DNA from: Anaerolineae bacterium
GTDB lineage: Bacteria; Chloroflexota; Anaerolineae; UBA3071
Assembly: GCA_029907105.1 (NCBI GenBank)
Contig: JARYMM010000013.1
Span: 3,433-67,432 of the forward strand
DNA: 64,000 bases
Reading direction: 5' to 3'
Shown one piece after another: positions 8,457 to 17,762 of this stretch. Below the pieces are notes generated by a model, which was given only the letters and a program-made list of their open reading frames with translations, was not told where the DNA came from and did not search any database. Made by a program: the position numbers and the translations under genes. Positions within the stretch are counted from its first letter, which is position 1, and each line of letters begins with the position of its first letter.

Positions 8457-8681
8457 ATGACAAGAGTGATCTGCCCTCAGGACACCTGTGTCTTCTGGGA
8501 CGAAGGCTACTGCGGCGCCGACGAGATCACCCTCGATCCCGACCATCTCTCCTGCATCAGCATGGAGGACATTCAAGACCTCATGCTTGACAGCGAGGAC
8601 ATAGACGAATGGGAGGAGGAGTTGGAGGACGAGGAGTGGGGGGACGAAGACGACTACTTCGGCGAGGATGAAGAGTGGTGA
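8457..8681 (+). CDS. Small Cys-motif (DUF1540-like) protein with a strongly acidic tail
   Basis: 74 aa with GGAGG 9 nt upstream. VICPQDTCVFWDEGYCGADEITL resembles the DUF1540 C-x3-C-x7-C pattern. The tail is DEWEEELEDEEWGDEDDYFGEDEEW. It is only the 3' end of the long ORF 7383..8681. Confidence 0.55.
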   Translation: MTRVICPQDTCVFWDEGYCGADEITLDPDHLSCISMEDIQDLMLDSEDIDEWEEELEDEEWGDEDDYFGEDEEW

Positions 8682-8813
8682 CCGTTCTCCTTCCTGAGCC
8701 GTGGCCTCACCTGGACGCGTGGTCGGACCGTCCGCCTGGTCAGGCCGTCGTATGGTCGCGGCGTCGGCCCGGCCAAATGACCGATTTGAGTTCACAAAAC
8801 AAGGAGTGTTCCG

Positions 8814-9740
8814 ATGAGACACCTGCTCAGCCTTGCCGATTTGTCCAGCCAGGAGATCTGGAAGATCATAGACCTGGCCGTGGAGCTGAAGGGGGAGTGG
8901 AAGCGCGGTGGCAATGAGCCGATCCTGCGGGGCAAGACGCTGGGAATGCTCTTTCAGAAACCCTCATTGCGCACGCGCGTCTCTTTCGAGATGGCCATGA
9001 TCCACCTGGGAGGGCAGGCGCTTTACCTTTCCCCCAACGAGGTGCAATTGGGCCAGCGGGAGAGCGTGGCCGATGTGGCGCGGGTGCTCTCCCGCTACGT
9101 GGATGGCATCATGGCCCGTGTCTTCGCCCATGCCCACCTCGAGGAGCTGGCCGCCTTCTCCCGCGTGCCGGTGATCAACGGCCTCTCGGACTACAGCCAC
9201 CCTTGCCAGGCCCTGGCCGACCTGCTGACCATTCTGGAGAAGAAGGGGCGTCTGAGTGGGCTGAGGCTGGCCTATGTGGGCGACGGCAACAACGTGGCCA
9301 CGTCGCTGCTCTTCGGCGGCACGAAGGTAGGCATGGAGGTGGCCCTGGCCACGCCGCCCGGTTACGAGATCACCGAGGAGGTGGAGAATCTGGCCACGGC
9401 CTTCGCCGCCGAAAGCGGTGGCCGCGTGATCTTGACCTATGACCCGCAGGAAGCGGTGGCCGGCGCTGATGTCATCTACACCGATACCTGGACCAGCATG
9501 GGGCAGGAGGCGGAAATGAGCAGGCGGCTGGAGGTCTTCCCGCCCTATCAGGTCAACGAAGCCCTGGTGGCTGCCAGTGGCAATCCCGATGTGATCGTCA
9601 TGCACTGCCTGCCGGCGCATCGCGGGCAGGAGATCACCGATGAGGTCGCCGACGGGCCGCATTCGGTCCTCTTCGATCAGGCCGAGAACCGGCTCCACGC
9701 CCAGAAAGCCGTGCTGGCCTTGTTGTTGGGAGGGCGATGA
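8814..9740 (+). CDS. argF: Ornithine carbamoyltransferase
   Basis: 308 aa with [24 protein letters not shown] and [10 protein letters not shown] motifs. aaggag SD. Confidence 0.95.
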   Translation: MRHLLSLADLSSQEIWKIIDLAVELKGEWKRGGNEPILRGKTLGMLFQKPSLRTRVSFEMAMIHLGGQALYLSPNEVQLGQRESVADVARVLSRYVDGIMARVFAHAHLEELAAFSRVPVINGLSDYSHPCQALADLLTILEKKGRLSGLRLAYVGDGNNVATSLLFGGTKVGMEVALATPPGYEITEEVENLATAFAAESGGRVILTYDPQEAVAGADVIYTDTWTSMGQEAEMSRRLEVFPPYQVNEALVAASGNPDVIVMHCLPAHRGQEITDEVADGPHSVLFDQAENRLHAQKAVLALLLGGR

Positions 9741-9769
9741 TGGAAGCCCGTTTCCTTATCCCGGCTTGA

Positions 9770-9890
9770 GGTCTGCCTGCCCCAATCTACCAGTCTACCA
9801 ATCTACCAGTCTACCAATCTACCAGTCTACCAATCTACCAATCTACCAGTCTACCAATCTACCAGTCTGCCTATCTGCCGACCTGCCAAC
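9770..9890. repeat. Octamer tandem repeat (tctaccaR, ~11 units plus degenerate ends)
   Basis: aatctaccagtctaccaatctaccagtctaccaat... in the argF-cdaA intergenic region. Similar words occur at 49615-49641. Confidence 0.85.
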
Positions 9891-9900
9891 CCTCTGACCT

Positions 9901-10689
9901 ATGACCAATTTGCTCAGCACCTTCAGCCGCTTTACCTGGCAGAGCGCCCTCGACGTTCTGCTGGTGGCCCTGATCTTCTATGGCCTGCTGCGCCTCTTCC
10001 GTGGCACGCAGGCCATGCAGCTTCTGCGCGGCCTGTTGGTCATTGTGTTGGTGATTTTCCTGGTCACCACCCAGCTCAAGCTGCCGGCTTTCAGTTGGCT
10101 GGTACGCAACTCCTTGCCGGCCATCTTGCTCGCCCTGCCGGTGATCTTTCAGCCGGAACTGCGCCGGGCCCTGGAGCGGCTGGGGCGGGCCGCGCCTTTT
10201 CTGATCCCCCGCGAAGAGCAGCGGGTGGCCCATGTGATCCACGAACTGGTGGAGGCGGCGCTCACCCTCTCGGAACGTCGTCATGGCGCCATCGTCGTCC
10301 TGGAAGGGGAAACGGGCTTGCAGGAGTACGTCGAGACCGGCGTGCTGGTGGATGGGCGGCTGACGGCGCAATTGCTGCTGAGCATCTTCTATCCGGGCAC
10401 GGCCCTGCACGATGGGGCGGTGATCGTGCGCGGTGAACGGGTGGTCGCCGCGGCCTGCATGTTGCCGCTGACCGAACGGCCCGTAGGAAGTGGCCTGGGT
10501 ACACGCCATCGGGCGGCTGTGGGCATCACCGAGCAAAGCGACGCTTTGGCCCTGCTCGTCTCCGAGGAAACGGGCATCATTTCGGTGGCCCGACGCGGCG
10601 GCATCGCCCGCCGACTGGATGACAAACGGCTCAGCCGGGTGTTGGAAGCCTTCTACGTGCGCCGCGGTGTGTGGGAGAGGTTGCGATGA
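9901..10689 (+). CDS. cdaA: Diadenylate cyclase CdaA (DisA_N/DAC domain, membrane-anchored)
   Basis: Three N-terminal TM segments, then DAC motifs HDGAVIVRG and GTRHRAAVGITEQSDALALLVSEETGIISVA. Confidence 0.9.
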   Translation: MTNLLSTFSRFTWQSALDVLLVALIFYGLLRLFRGTQAMQLLRGLLVIVLVIFLVTTQLKLPAFSWLVRNSLPAILLALPVIFQPELRRALERLGRAAPFLIPREEQRVAHVIHELVEAALTLSERRHGAIVVLEGETGLQEYVETGVLVDGRLTAQLLLSIFYPGTALHDGAVIVRGERVVAAACMLPLTERPVGSGLGTRHRAAVGITEQSDALALLVSEETGIISVARRGGIARRLDDKRLSRVLEAFYVRRGVWERLR

Positions 10690-11990
10690 GACGCTGGCTT
10701 TTGGAAGCGGGCACCGGGGCTCTGGCCTTGGTGTTGGCCCTCGTCGTCTGGGTGGTGGCTGAGCAGGAGAACACCCAACAGGTGGTGATACGGGGCACGC
10801 AGGTCATCGTGCAAGGCCTGGAGGAGGGCATGGCTCTGCACGCCGTCACACCTGACGCCGTGGACATCAATGTGCTCGTGTCCAAGGACCTCTGGGAGAC
10901 GTGGCAGGCAAGCAGTGAAACCAAGTTGGATGCCTATGTGGACGTGACCGGCCTGGGCGTTGGACAACATCGGCTGGCAGTGGAGATCGTCCACCGCCAG
11001 CCCGGCGTGCAGTTGCTGAGCGTGACGCCGGCTGAGGTGACCGTGGAATTGGAGCGTCTGGTGCAGAGAAGTGTGCCGGTGCGGGCGGAGGTCATGGACT
11101 CGCCGCCCCTGGGCTATGACTGGCGCACGCCGGAAGTCACGCCGGCGGAGGTGCTGGTCAGCGGCCCGGAGCAATACGTTGACACTGTGGCCGTAGCCAT
11201 AGCCGAGGTCTATCTGCGCACGGCGCGCAGCACAGCAAGCTATCGCCGGCCGCTGTCCCTGCGCGACAAACAGGGCCAGGTCGTGGGCAACGTGGTGGAC
11301 TGGACGCCGCGCACGGTGACCGTGACCGTGCCCATCGAGCAACGCCCCGGCTACCGGGACGTGCCGGTGCGCGTGCGCTGGCAGGGCCGGCCGGCCCGGG
11401 GGTATCGCATCAGCGAGGTGGCCGTTGACCCCTCCATCGTGACCCTTTTCGGCAGCCCGGCGGCCATAGACACGGTGCCCGGCTACGTGGAAACAACCCC
11501 CGTGAACATCGAGGGGGCCAGTGGAAATGTGGTGGAGCGGCTGGCGCTGATCGTGCCTGAGAATGTCTCCGTCTTGGGCACGCAGAGTGTGGTCGTCAGC
11601 GTGGGCATCATGGCCATCGAGGAAAGCGCCTGGGTGGAGCGGGCGCCGATGATCCGGGGCTTGGGCGACGGATTACACGTCGAACTCTCGCCGCAGGCTG
11701 TGGACGTTCTGGTAGCCGGCCCTCTGCCCCGCCTGGAAACACTGGCTCCCAGCGACGTGCAGGTTGTGCTTGACCTGACAGGATTGAGGGTCGGCACTCA
11801 CACCTTGGAGCCCATGGTGATCGTGCCGGAAGGCATACGGGCGGAGACCCTGGTGCCGGAGACCATCGAAGTCAGGATCAGCGAACTGGCCACTCCCACG
11901 CCCACTTCTACGCCCACAGGCACAGCCACACCTGTGATCACGGCGACGGCCACGGCTGCGCCGCCGGCGCCCACGGCGACGGGAGGTTAG
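10686..11990 (+). CDS. cdaR: CdaR-like YbbR-domain protein (c-di-AMP cyclase regulator)
   Basis: ATGA overlap with the cdaA stop, an N-terminal TM segment, repeated YbbR-like beta modules and a PT-rich tail. The position downstream of cdaA is canonical. Confidence 0.75.
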   Translation: MRRWLLEAGTGALALVLALVVWVVAEQENTQQVVIRGTQVIVQGLEEGMALHAVTPDAVDINVLVSKDLWETWQASSETKLDAYVDVTGLGVGQHRLAVEIVHRQPGVQLLSVTPAEVTVELERLVQRSVPVRAEVMDSPPLGYDWRTPEVTPAEVLVSGPEQYVDTVAVAIAEVYLRTARSTASYRRPLSLRDKQGQVVGNVVDWTPRTVTVTVPIEQRPGYRDVPVRVRWQGRPARGYRISEVAVDPSIVTLFGSPAAIDTVPGYVETTPVNIEGASGNVVERLALIVPENVSVLGTQSVVVSVGIMAIEESAWVERAPMIRGLGDGLHVELSPQAVDVLVAGPLPRLETLAPSDVQVVLDLTGLRVGTHTLEPMVIVPEGIRAETLVPETIEVRISELATPTPTSTPTGTATPVITATATAAPPAPTATGG

Positions 11991-11995
11991 CGCCG

Positions 11996-13366
11996 ATGGC
12001 CAGACCGATCGTCGCTCTCGTGGGCCGGCCCAACGTGGGCAAATCTGCGCTCTTCAATCGCCTGGTCGGGCGGCAGCAGGCCATCGTCGAAGATGTGCCG
12101 GGCACTACCCGTGACCGGCTGTACGGCGACAGCGAGTGGGCCGGCGTGGAATTCACCGTGGTGGACACCGGCGGCCTGGACATCGCCGCCAGCGACCCGC
12201 GGCAGCCCAAAGAAGCACGTCCCGCGCCACTGGCCCAGGCCTCCGCCGACTATGTAGAAGAGGTGCGCGCCCAGGTGGAGGTGGCCATCGCCGAGGCCGA
12301 TGTGATCATTTTCCTGGTGGACGTCCAGGATGGCCTGACCTCCGGCGATGAGGACGTGGCCCATCTGCTGCGGCGGACGGGCAAGCCGGTGTTTCTGGCC
12401 GCTAACAAGGCCGACAACGCTGCCCTGCGGGCGGCGGCTGTGGACTTCTACGCCCTGGGCCTGGGGCAGCCCTTTCCCATTTCCGCCTTGCACGGCACGG
12501 GCACCGGCGACTTGCTGGATGCGGTGGTGGGCAGCTTCCCGGCCGGCGAGCCGGAGGAGCTGCCGGAGGCGGTGAAAATCGCCATCGTGGGTCGCCCCAA
12601 TGTGGGCAAGTCGTCGCTGCTCAATGCCCTCCTGGGCCAGGAACGGGCCATCGTCAGCCCCATCCCCGGCACCACCCGCGATGCCATTGACACCTTTCTG
12701 GAGTGGGAAGGGCGGCCGGTGGTGTTGATTGATACGGCGGGCATCCGGCGGCGGGGCAAGATTGAGCGGGGCATCGAACGCTACAGCGTGATGCGGGCGC
12801 TGCGCGCCATCCAGCGGGCCGACGTGGTGCTGTTGCTCATTGATGCCACCAGCGGCGTCACGTTGCAGGATGCGCACATCGCTGGCTACATCCTGGAAGA
12901 GGCGAAGAGCGTGGTGGTGGTGGTGAATAAGTGGGACCTGGTGGAAAAGGACACGCACACCATGGCCGAGATGACGCAGCGGGTGCGTGAGGCCCTGCGT
13001 TTCCTGGATTACGTGCCGGTGCTCTTCGTCTCTGCCCGCACACGCCAGCGGGTGCAGCAGGTGATCCCCACGGCGCTGCGGGTGCAGGCCGAACGGTTGA
13101 TGCGTATTCCCACCGGCGAACTGAACCGTTGGCTGCAAGAGATCGTCTCTCAGCATGCGCCGCCATCCAAGCAGGGCAGGCGGCTGCGGCTCTACTACGT
13201 TACCCAGTCTCAGGTGGATCCGCCTACCTTTGTCTTTTTTGTTAACGATACCCAACTGGTGCATTTCACATACCAGCGGTATCTGGAGAATCGGTTACGG
13301 GAGCGCTATCCTTTTGAAGGCACGCCGCTGCGGCTGGTCTTCAGGCCGCGGGACGAGAGGGGCTAA
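11996..13366 (+). CDS. der: Ribosome-associated GTPase Der/EngA (two G domains plus KH-like domain)
   Basis: GRPNVGKS occurs twice and DTGG/DTAG occurs twice, with NKAD/NKWD and the C-terminal YVTQ..VDPPTFVFFVN. Confidence 0.95.
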   Translation: MARPIVALVGRPNVGKSALFNRLVGRQQAIVEDVPGTTRDRLYGDSEWAGVEFTVVDTGGLDIAASDPRQPKEARPAPLAQASADYVEEVRAQVEVAIAEADVIIFLVDVQDGLTSGDEDVAHLLRRTGKPVFLAANKADNAALRAAAVDFYALGLGQPFPISALHGTGTGDLLDAVVGSFPAGEPEELPEAVKIAIVGRPNVGKSSLLNALLGQERAIVSPIPGTTRDAIDTFLEWEGRPVVLIDTAGIRRRGKIERGIERYSVMRALRAIQRADVVLLLIDATSGVTLQDAHIAGYILEEAKSVVVVVNKWDLVEKDTHTMAEMTQRVREALRFLDYVPVLFVSARTRQRVQQVIPTALRVQAERLMRIPTGELNRWLQEIVSQHAPPSKQGRRLRLYYVTQSQVDPPTFVFFVNDTQLVHFTYQRYLENRLRERYPFEGTPLRLVFRPRDERG

Positions 13367-13376
13367 AGGCAGCAAT

Positions 13377-13406
13377 AGTAGGACAACTGCGAGCAGTTGT
13401 CCTACT
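13377..13406 (+). terminator. Stem-loop downstream of der (13-bp perfect stem, 4-nt loop, no clear U-tract)
   Basis: agtaggacaactg cgag cagttgtcctact, 11 nt after the der stop. Confidence 0.45.
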
Positions 13407-13457
13407 ACTACCTACCAACCGCACAGGTGGCAAGTTTTTGCGTCACCATGCAGGCAA

Positions 13458-13639
13458 GAGATGCTTCGCTGGAGTCGGCCGAGCAATGAAGTTTGATGCC
13501 TGAAATCTGCTCAGCATGACAAGTACGGTTGTAGTATTAAGCAAGTTGCCAAAAGCCTCCCACTTTTGACGGGTGAGGCGCGGAGGGGGGCCTCTTCCGG
13601 CCATTTGTCATGCTGAGGAGCGAAGCGACGAAGCATCTC
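13458..13639. repeat. Nested inverted-repeat element (gagatgcttcg / cgaagcatctc outer arms, ctcagcatgaca / tgtcatgctgag inner arms)
   Basis: Arms read directly at 13458-13468 with 13629-13639, and at 13510-13521 with 13606-13617. MITE-like or a structured RNA. Confidence 0.5.
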
Positions 13640-13895
13640 CCTGCGCCAGGCAAGTGGAGCTTCCTGGGCCCCATATGGTTCGCATAGTCATATCATAGGC
13701 GGGCATGGCATAAACGCACGGCAGGGGTATATTTCGCATAGTCATAGTATTGGCGGCATGGCTGGGGAGCCCTGCTTTTTCTGGAACGGGAAATAGACTA
13801 TGCGAAAGACGGCCACTTCGTCGTCCGGGCCTGGCGGTGGAGGGGCGAAGGGGCGCAAGGCCTTGCGCCCCTACCCCCCCTCACCCTCCCCGTCA

Positions 13896-14097
13896 ATGGG
13901 GAAGGCAGGGGTGGAGACTGCTTCGCTTCGCTCGCAGTGACAGGGCAGGTAGTTACAGGGGCGGAAGGATATCTCCCATCAGATGGGGAAGTACTGATGG
14001 GGAAGGCAGGGGTGGAGACTGCTTCGCTTCGCTCGCAGTGACAGGGCAGGTAGTTACAGGGGCGGAAGGATATCTCCCATCAGATGGGGAAGTACTG
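13896..14097. repeat. Perfect 101-bp tandem duplication (2 units) containing a partial MITE arm and the first 14 nt of the M28 peptidase CDS
   Basis: 13896-13996 and 13997-14097 are identical on reading. Unit borders fall on the 9-nt microhomology atggggaag. Confidence 0.9.
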
Positions 14098-15046
14098 GCT
14101 GGAAGCGCTTTTGGCATTACTGCTCTTAGCCGCTGTGGGCTACCTGGGCTGGCTCGGCTACGGGCTCCTGCCGCAGCCGACGCCCACGCCTGAGCCCCAT
14201 GTCTTCGACGGGCAACGGGCCTACGCCCACGTTCTGGCACAGACCGAGCTCGGGCCTCGTCCCACGGGCTCCGCAGCGGCCGCCGCCACGCGCCAGTACA
14301 TCATGACACAGTTAACCGCCCAGGGCTGGACGGTGATCACCCAGACGTTCACCTACAAGGACACAGAAGTCACTAACCTCATCGGCCAGGCAGGGCAGGG
14401 GCCCATCGCCCTCATCGGCGCCCATTACGATACCCGCCGACAGGCCGACGCCGATCCCGATCCGGCCAGACGCCAGGAGCCGGTGCTGGGAGCCAATGAC
14501 GGGGCCAGCGGCGTGGCCGTGTTGCTGGAACTGGCCTATGCTCTCGACCTGGACAGATTGCGGCACCAGATGTGGTTGGTGTTCTTCGACGCCGAGGACA
14601 ACGGTCGGCTCGACGATTGGGAGTGGGCTGTCGGTTCGACGTACATGGCCCAGCAGTGGGCAAGGGGAATCGTTCCCGGAATAGCACCGCCGGAGGCCAG
14701 CCAGACCACTCCGACAATGCCGCCCTGGCCCGAGTTTTTCATTCTTGTGGACATGGTTGGCGATGCCGACCAGCAGCTTTACATGGAGCGCAACTCCAGC
14801 CCGCAGTTGACGCGCACGCTGTGGACCCTGGCCGCCGACCTGGGCTATGGTCACGTCTTCATCCCGGAGTACAAGTGGGCCCTGACCGATGACCATACCC
14901 CTTTCCTGGCTCAGGGCATCGAAGCCGTGGACATCATTGATTTCGACTATCCCTTCTGGCACACCACCCAGGATACGCCGGACAAGGTGGCGCCGGAGAG
15001 CCTGGAGCGCGTGGGGAGGGTATTGGAGACGTTCCTGGAACACTAA
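14084..15046 (+). CDS. M28-family peptidase / glutaminyl-peptide cyclotransferase-like protein
   Basis: N-terminal TM/signal segment, IGAHYDTR...GANDGASGVAVLLELA...FFDAEDNG...VDMVGD...DDHTPF (M28 metal-ligand pattern). Confidence 0.75.
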   Translation: MGKYWLEALLALLLLAAVGYLGWLGYGLLPQPTPTPEPHVFDGQRAYAHVLAQTELGPRPTGSAAAAATRQYIMTQLTAQGWTVITQTFTYKDTEVTNLIGQAGQGPIALIGAHYDTRRQADADPDPARRQEPVLGANDGASGVAVLLELAYALDLDRLRHQMWLVFFDAEDNGRLDDWEWAVGSTYMAQQWARGIVPGIAPPEASQTTPTMPPWPEFFILVDMVGDADQQLYMERNSSPQLTRTLWTLAADLGYGHVFIPEYKWALTDDHTPFLAQGIEAVDIIDFDYPFWHTTQDTPDKVAPESLERVGRVLETFLEH

Positions 15047-15070
15047 CGGGTTTCCGGTTCCGGGAGAGAG

Positions 15071-15110
15071 CACCGTGCAACCTGAAACCTGGAACCCGAA
15101 ACCTGAAACA
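15071..15110. repeat. 40-nt word-repeat element (caccgtgcaacctgaaacctggaacccgaaacctgaaaca)
   Basis: 37/40 identical to the reverse complement of 17763-17802. Confidence 0.75.
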
Positions 15111-15132
15111 CTCATCAGCGAAGGAGGCACCC

Positions 15133-16293
15133 TTGCAACCCGCAGACCGACTGAACCGCCTGCCCATGTACGTGTTCGCTTCCCTGGAGGCACGCATCCG
15201 CGCCCTGCAAGCCGAAGGCGTGGACGTCATCCGCCTCGACATCGGCAGCCCCGACCTGCCGCCGCCGGATTTCATCATCGAAGCCCTGTACCGGTCGGCG
15301 TTGAATCCCGATCACCACGGCTACGCCGGCTACTCGGGCACCCCTGCCTTGCGGCAGGCTATAGCCGACACCTACGCCCAACGCTTTGGCGTGACCCTGG
15401 ATCCCGCCAGCGAGGTGTTGCCCCTGATCGGCTCGAAGGAGGGCATCGTCAACATGGCCTTGGCCTGGCTCGACCCTGGCGACCTGGCGCTGGTGCCTGA
15501 CCCCGGCTATCCTTCCTACCGTATGGGTGCCTACCTGGCCGGCGGCGAAGTGTATGCCGTGCCCCTGCTGGCGGCGAACGATTTCTTGCCTGACCTGGAG
15601 GCTATCCCCAACGAGGTCGCCGACCGGGCGCGGCTCCTGTGGCTCAACTACCCCAACAACCCCACCGGTGCTGTGGCCCCGCTGGAGTTCTTCGAGCGCG
15701 TCGTAGCCTTCGCCCACCGCCACGACCTGCTCGTCTGCCACGACGCGCCGTATGCCGACATCGCCTTCGATAGCTACCGCGCCCCCAGCCTGCTGCAGGT
15801 GCCGGGGGCCAGGGAGGTGGCCGTGGAGTTCAACTCCCTCTCCAAATCGCACAACATGGCCGGCTGGCGGGTGGGCATGGCCGTGGGCAACGCCAGGGCC
15901 ATTGCCGCGCTGCTGCACATCAAGAGCAATGTGGACAGCGGCATCTTCCGGGCCATTCAGGACGCCGCCGTGGCCGCCCTGACCGGCGACCAGAGCTGGC
16001 TGGCCGAGCGCAATGCCGTCTACCAGCAGCGGCGGGATATGATTCTGGCCACCCTGGACGAAGTGGGCCTGCACGCCCGCCGCCCCCAGGCCGGCCTGTA
16101 CATCTGGCCGGAGGTGCCGCCAGGCTACCGTGCGGTCGAGTTTGCTGACCGGCTGCTGCGGGAGACAGGCATCAGCATCACCCCCGGCACGGCCTTCGGC
16201 CAATACGGTGAAGGCTATCTGCGCATATCGCTGGGCCAGGACACGGGACGAATCAAGGAGGCACTGGATAGACTCAGCAAGTTTGAGTTTTGA
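15133..16293 (+). CDS. Class I PLP aminotransferase, LL-diaminopimelate aminotransferase-like
   Basis: TTG start 5 nt after AAGGAGG. RLPMYVFASLE..GVDVIRLDIGSPDLPPP, LNYPNNPTGAV, and NSLSKSHNMAGWRVG (PLP lysine). Confidence 0.8.
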   Translation: MQPADRLNRLPMYVFASLEARIRALQAEGVDVIRLDIGSPDLPPPDFIIEALYRSALNPDHHGYAGYSGTPALRQAIADTYAQRFGVTLDPASEVLPLIGSKEGIVNMALAWLDPGDLALVPDPGYPSYRMGAYLAGGEVYAVPLLAANDFLPDLEAIPNEVADRARLLWLNYPNNPTGAVAPLEFFERVVAFAHRHDLLVCHDAPYADIAFDSYRAPSLLQVPGAREVAVEFNSLSKSHNMAGWRVGMAVGNARAIAALLHIKSNVDSGIFRAIQDAAVAALTGDQSWLAERNAVYQQRRDMILATLDEVGLHARRPQAGLYIWPEVPPGYRAVEFADRLLRETGISITPGTAFGQYGEGYLRISLGQDTGRIKEALDRLSKFEF

Positions 16294-16451
16294 GTCTGTC
16301 TGATGCAATGTGATAGGTGACAAGTCAACGGGTGACGGGTCAACGAGCGGGGTTGGTATGAGACCCGCCCCTACTTCAACCGCCTCGTTGCCCCATTACC
16401 GCAGGAGGAGGCACTATCGCTCAACAAGAGGCTATCCCTACCGAAGTCCCT

Positions 16452-17762
16452 GTGGAACGGGCATTGCTGGTGGGAGCGCAATTGAAACGCCCTCAGGACG
16501 GACGGCTGGCCTGGAAGTTGGAAGACTCTCTGGACGAGTTGGCCCAACTGGCCTGGACGGCCGGCGTGGAGGTGGTCGGCCGCACAACGCAGCAGCTAGA
16601 GCGCATCCATCCGGCCACCTTCATCGGCAAGGGCAAGGTCGAGGAGCTGCAGGAACTGCGCGATGACCTGGGCTTCAACGTGGTCATCTTCGACGACGAG
16701 CTGTCGCCGCGCCAGCAACGCGAGCTGGAAAAGGCCCTGGGCGATGGCGTGAAGGTGCTCGACCGCACCGCCCTGATCCTGGACATCTTCGCCCGCCACG
16801 CCCACACGCGAGAGGGGGCGCTGCAGGTGGAGCTGGCTCAGTACGAGTACCGCCTGCCGCGGCTGACCCGCGCCTGGACGCACCTGGCGCGGCAGGCCGG
16901 CGGCGCTGCCGGACGCGGCGGCATCGGAGGCGTCGGCTTGCGTGGCCCCGGCGAAACCCAGCTCGAGGTGGACCAGCGGGAGATCCGCCGACGCATCGCC
17001 CATCTGCGGCGGGAGCTGGAGGAGGTGCGCACCCACCGGCGACAGTATCGGCAGCGCCGCCAGCGGGAGGCTATCCCCGTCGTCGCCCTGGTCGGCTATA
17101 CCAACGCCGGCAAATCCACCCTCCTCAACGCCCTGGCCGGCTCCGACGTATGGGTGGAGGACAAGCTCTTCGCCACCCTCGATCCCACGACACGGCGAGT
17201 GACCCTGCCCGGCGGCAGGGTGGTGCTCTTCACCGACACCGTTGGCTTCATCCAGAAGCTGCCCACCATGCTGGTGGCTGCCTTCCGCGCCACTCTGGAA
17301 GAGATCAACGAGGCCGACGTGCTCCTGCATGTGGTTGACATAACACATCCCAACGTGCGGCAACAGAGCCATACGGTGGGGGAGGTGCTCAACGATCTGG
17401 GGGCCACCAGCGCCCCGATCATCGTCGCCCTGAACAAGATTGACCGCCTGCCTGACCCGGATGCTGTCGCTCCGTTGTTGAGCGAGTTCCCCAACAGCCT
17501 GGCCATCTCGGCCCTGAAAGGGTGGGGGCTGACAGAGCTTCTGGCCCGGGTGGAGGAATTGCTGGAAACAGCCCTGGTGCCGCTGACCGTGCACATTCCC
17601 TACCGCGAGGCAGGGCTGCTGGCGCTCTTCCATCAGCGGGGCACGGTGGAACGGGAAGAGCATGGCCCGGAAGGCACGCTGGTGCAGGGACGCCTTCCCG
17701 CCGCGCTGCTCGGCCGCTTCCGCCCCTTCCTTCTGCATCATGGCACCGGAAAGGATGCGTAG
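16452..17762 (+). CDS. hflX: GTPase HflX
   Basis: ERALLVGA N-terminal domain, glycine-rich GGIGGVGLRGPGETQLE, G domain GYTNAGKST / DTVGF / NKID. The start is uncertain: GTG at 16452, while an AGGAGGAGG box lies at ~16403 with no canonical start after it. Confidence 0.88.
   Translation: MERALLVGAQLKRPQDGRLAWKLEDSLDELAQLAWTAGVEVVGRTTQQLERIHPATFIGKGKVEELQELRDDLGFNVVIFDDELSPRQQRELEKALGDGVKVLDRTALILDIFARHAHTREGALQVELAQYEYRLPRLTRAWTHLARQAGGAAGRGGIGGVGLRGPGETQLEVDQREIRRRIAHLRRELEEVRTHRRQYRQRRQREAIPVVALVGYTNAGKSTLLNALAGSDVWVEDKLFATLDPTTRRVTLPGGRVVLFTDTVGFIQKLPTMLVAAFRATLEEINEADVLLHVVDITHPNVRQQSHTVGEVLNDLGATSAPIIVALNKIDRLPDPDAVAPLLSEFPNSLAISALKGWGLTELLARVEELLETALVPLTVHIPYREAGLLALFHQRGTVEREEHGPEGTLVQGRLPAALLGRFRPFLLHHGTGKDA

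Noticed and set aside
9770-9890. Possible CRISPR array at the tandem repeats here and at 39225-39432.
   Set aside because: The period is 7-8 nt here and ~60 nt at 39.3 kb, with no unique spacers of CRISPR size. The repeats are degenerate words or hairpins, and no cas genes are present.
9901-11990. cdaA-cdaR lacking the glmM gene that follows them in Firmicutes, as a notable anomaly.
   Set aside because: The three-gene operon is lineage-specific. Its absence here (der follows instead) is probably normal for this phylum and cannot be judged from one window.
16395-16452. Alternative upstream start for hflX after the AGGAGGAGG box at ~16403.
   Set aside because: No ATG, GTG or TTG lies in frame at suitable spacing (only ATT/ATC). 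The GTG at 16452 is kept, with the start flagged as uncertain.
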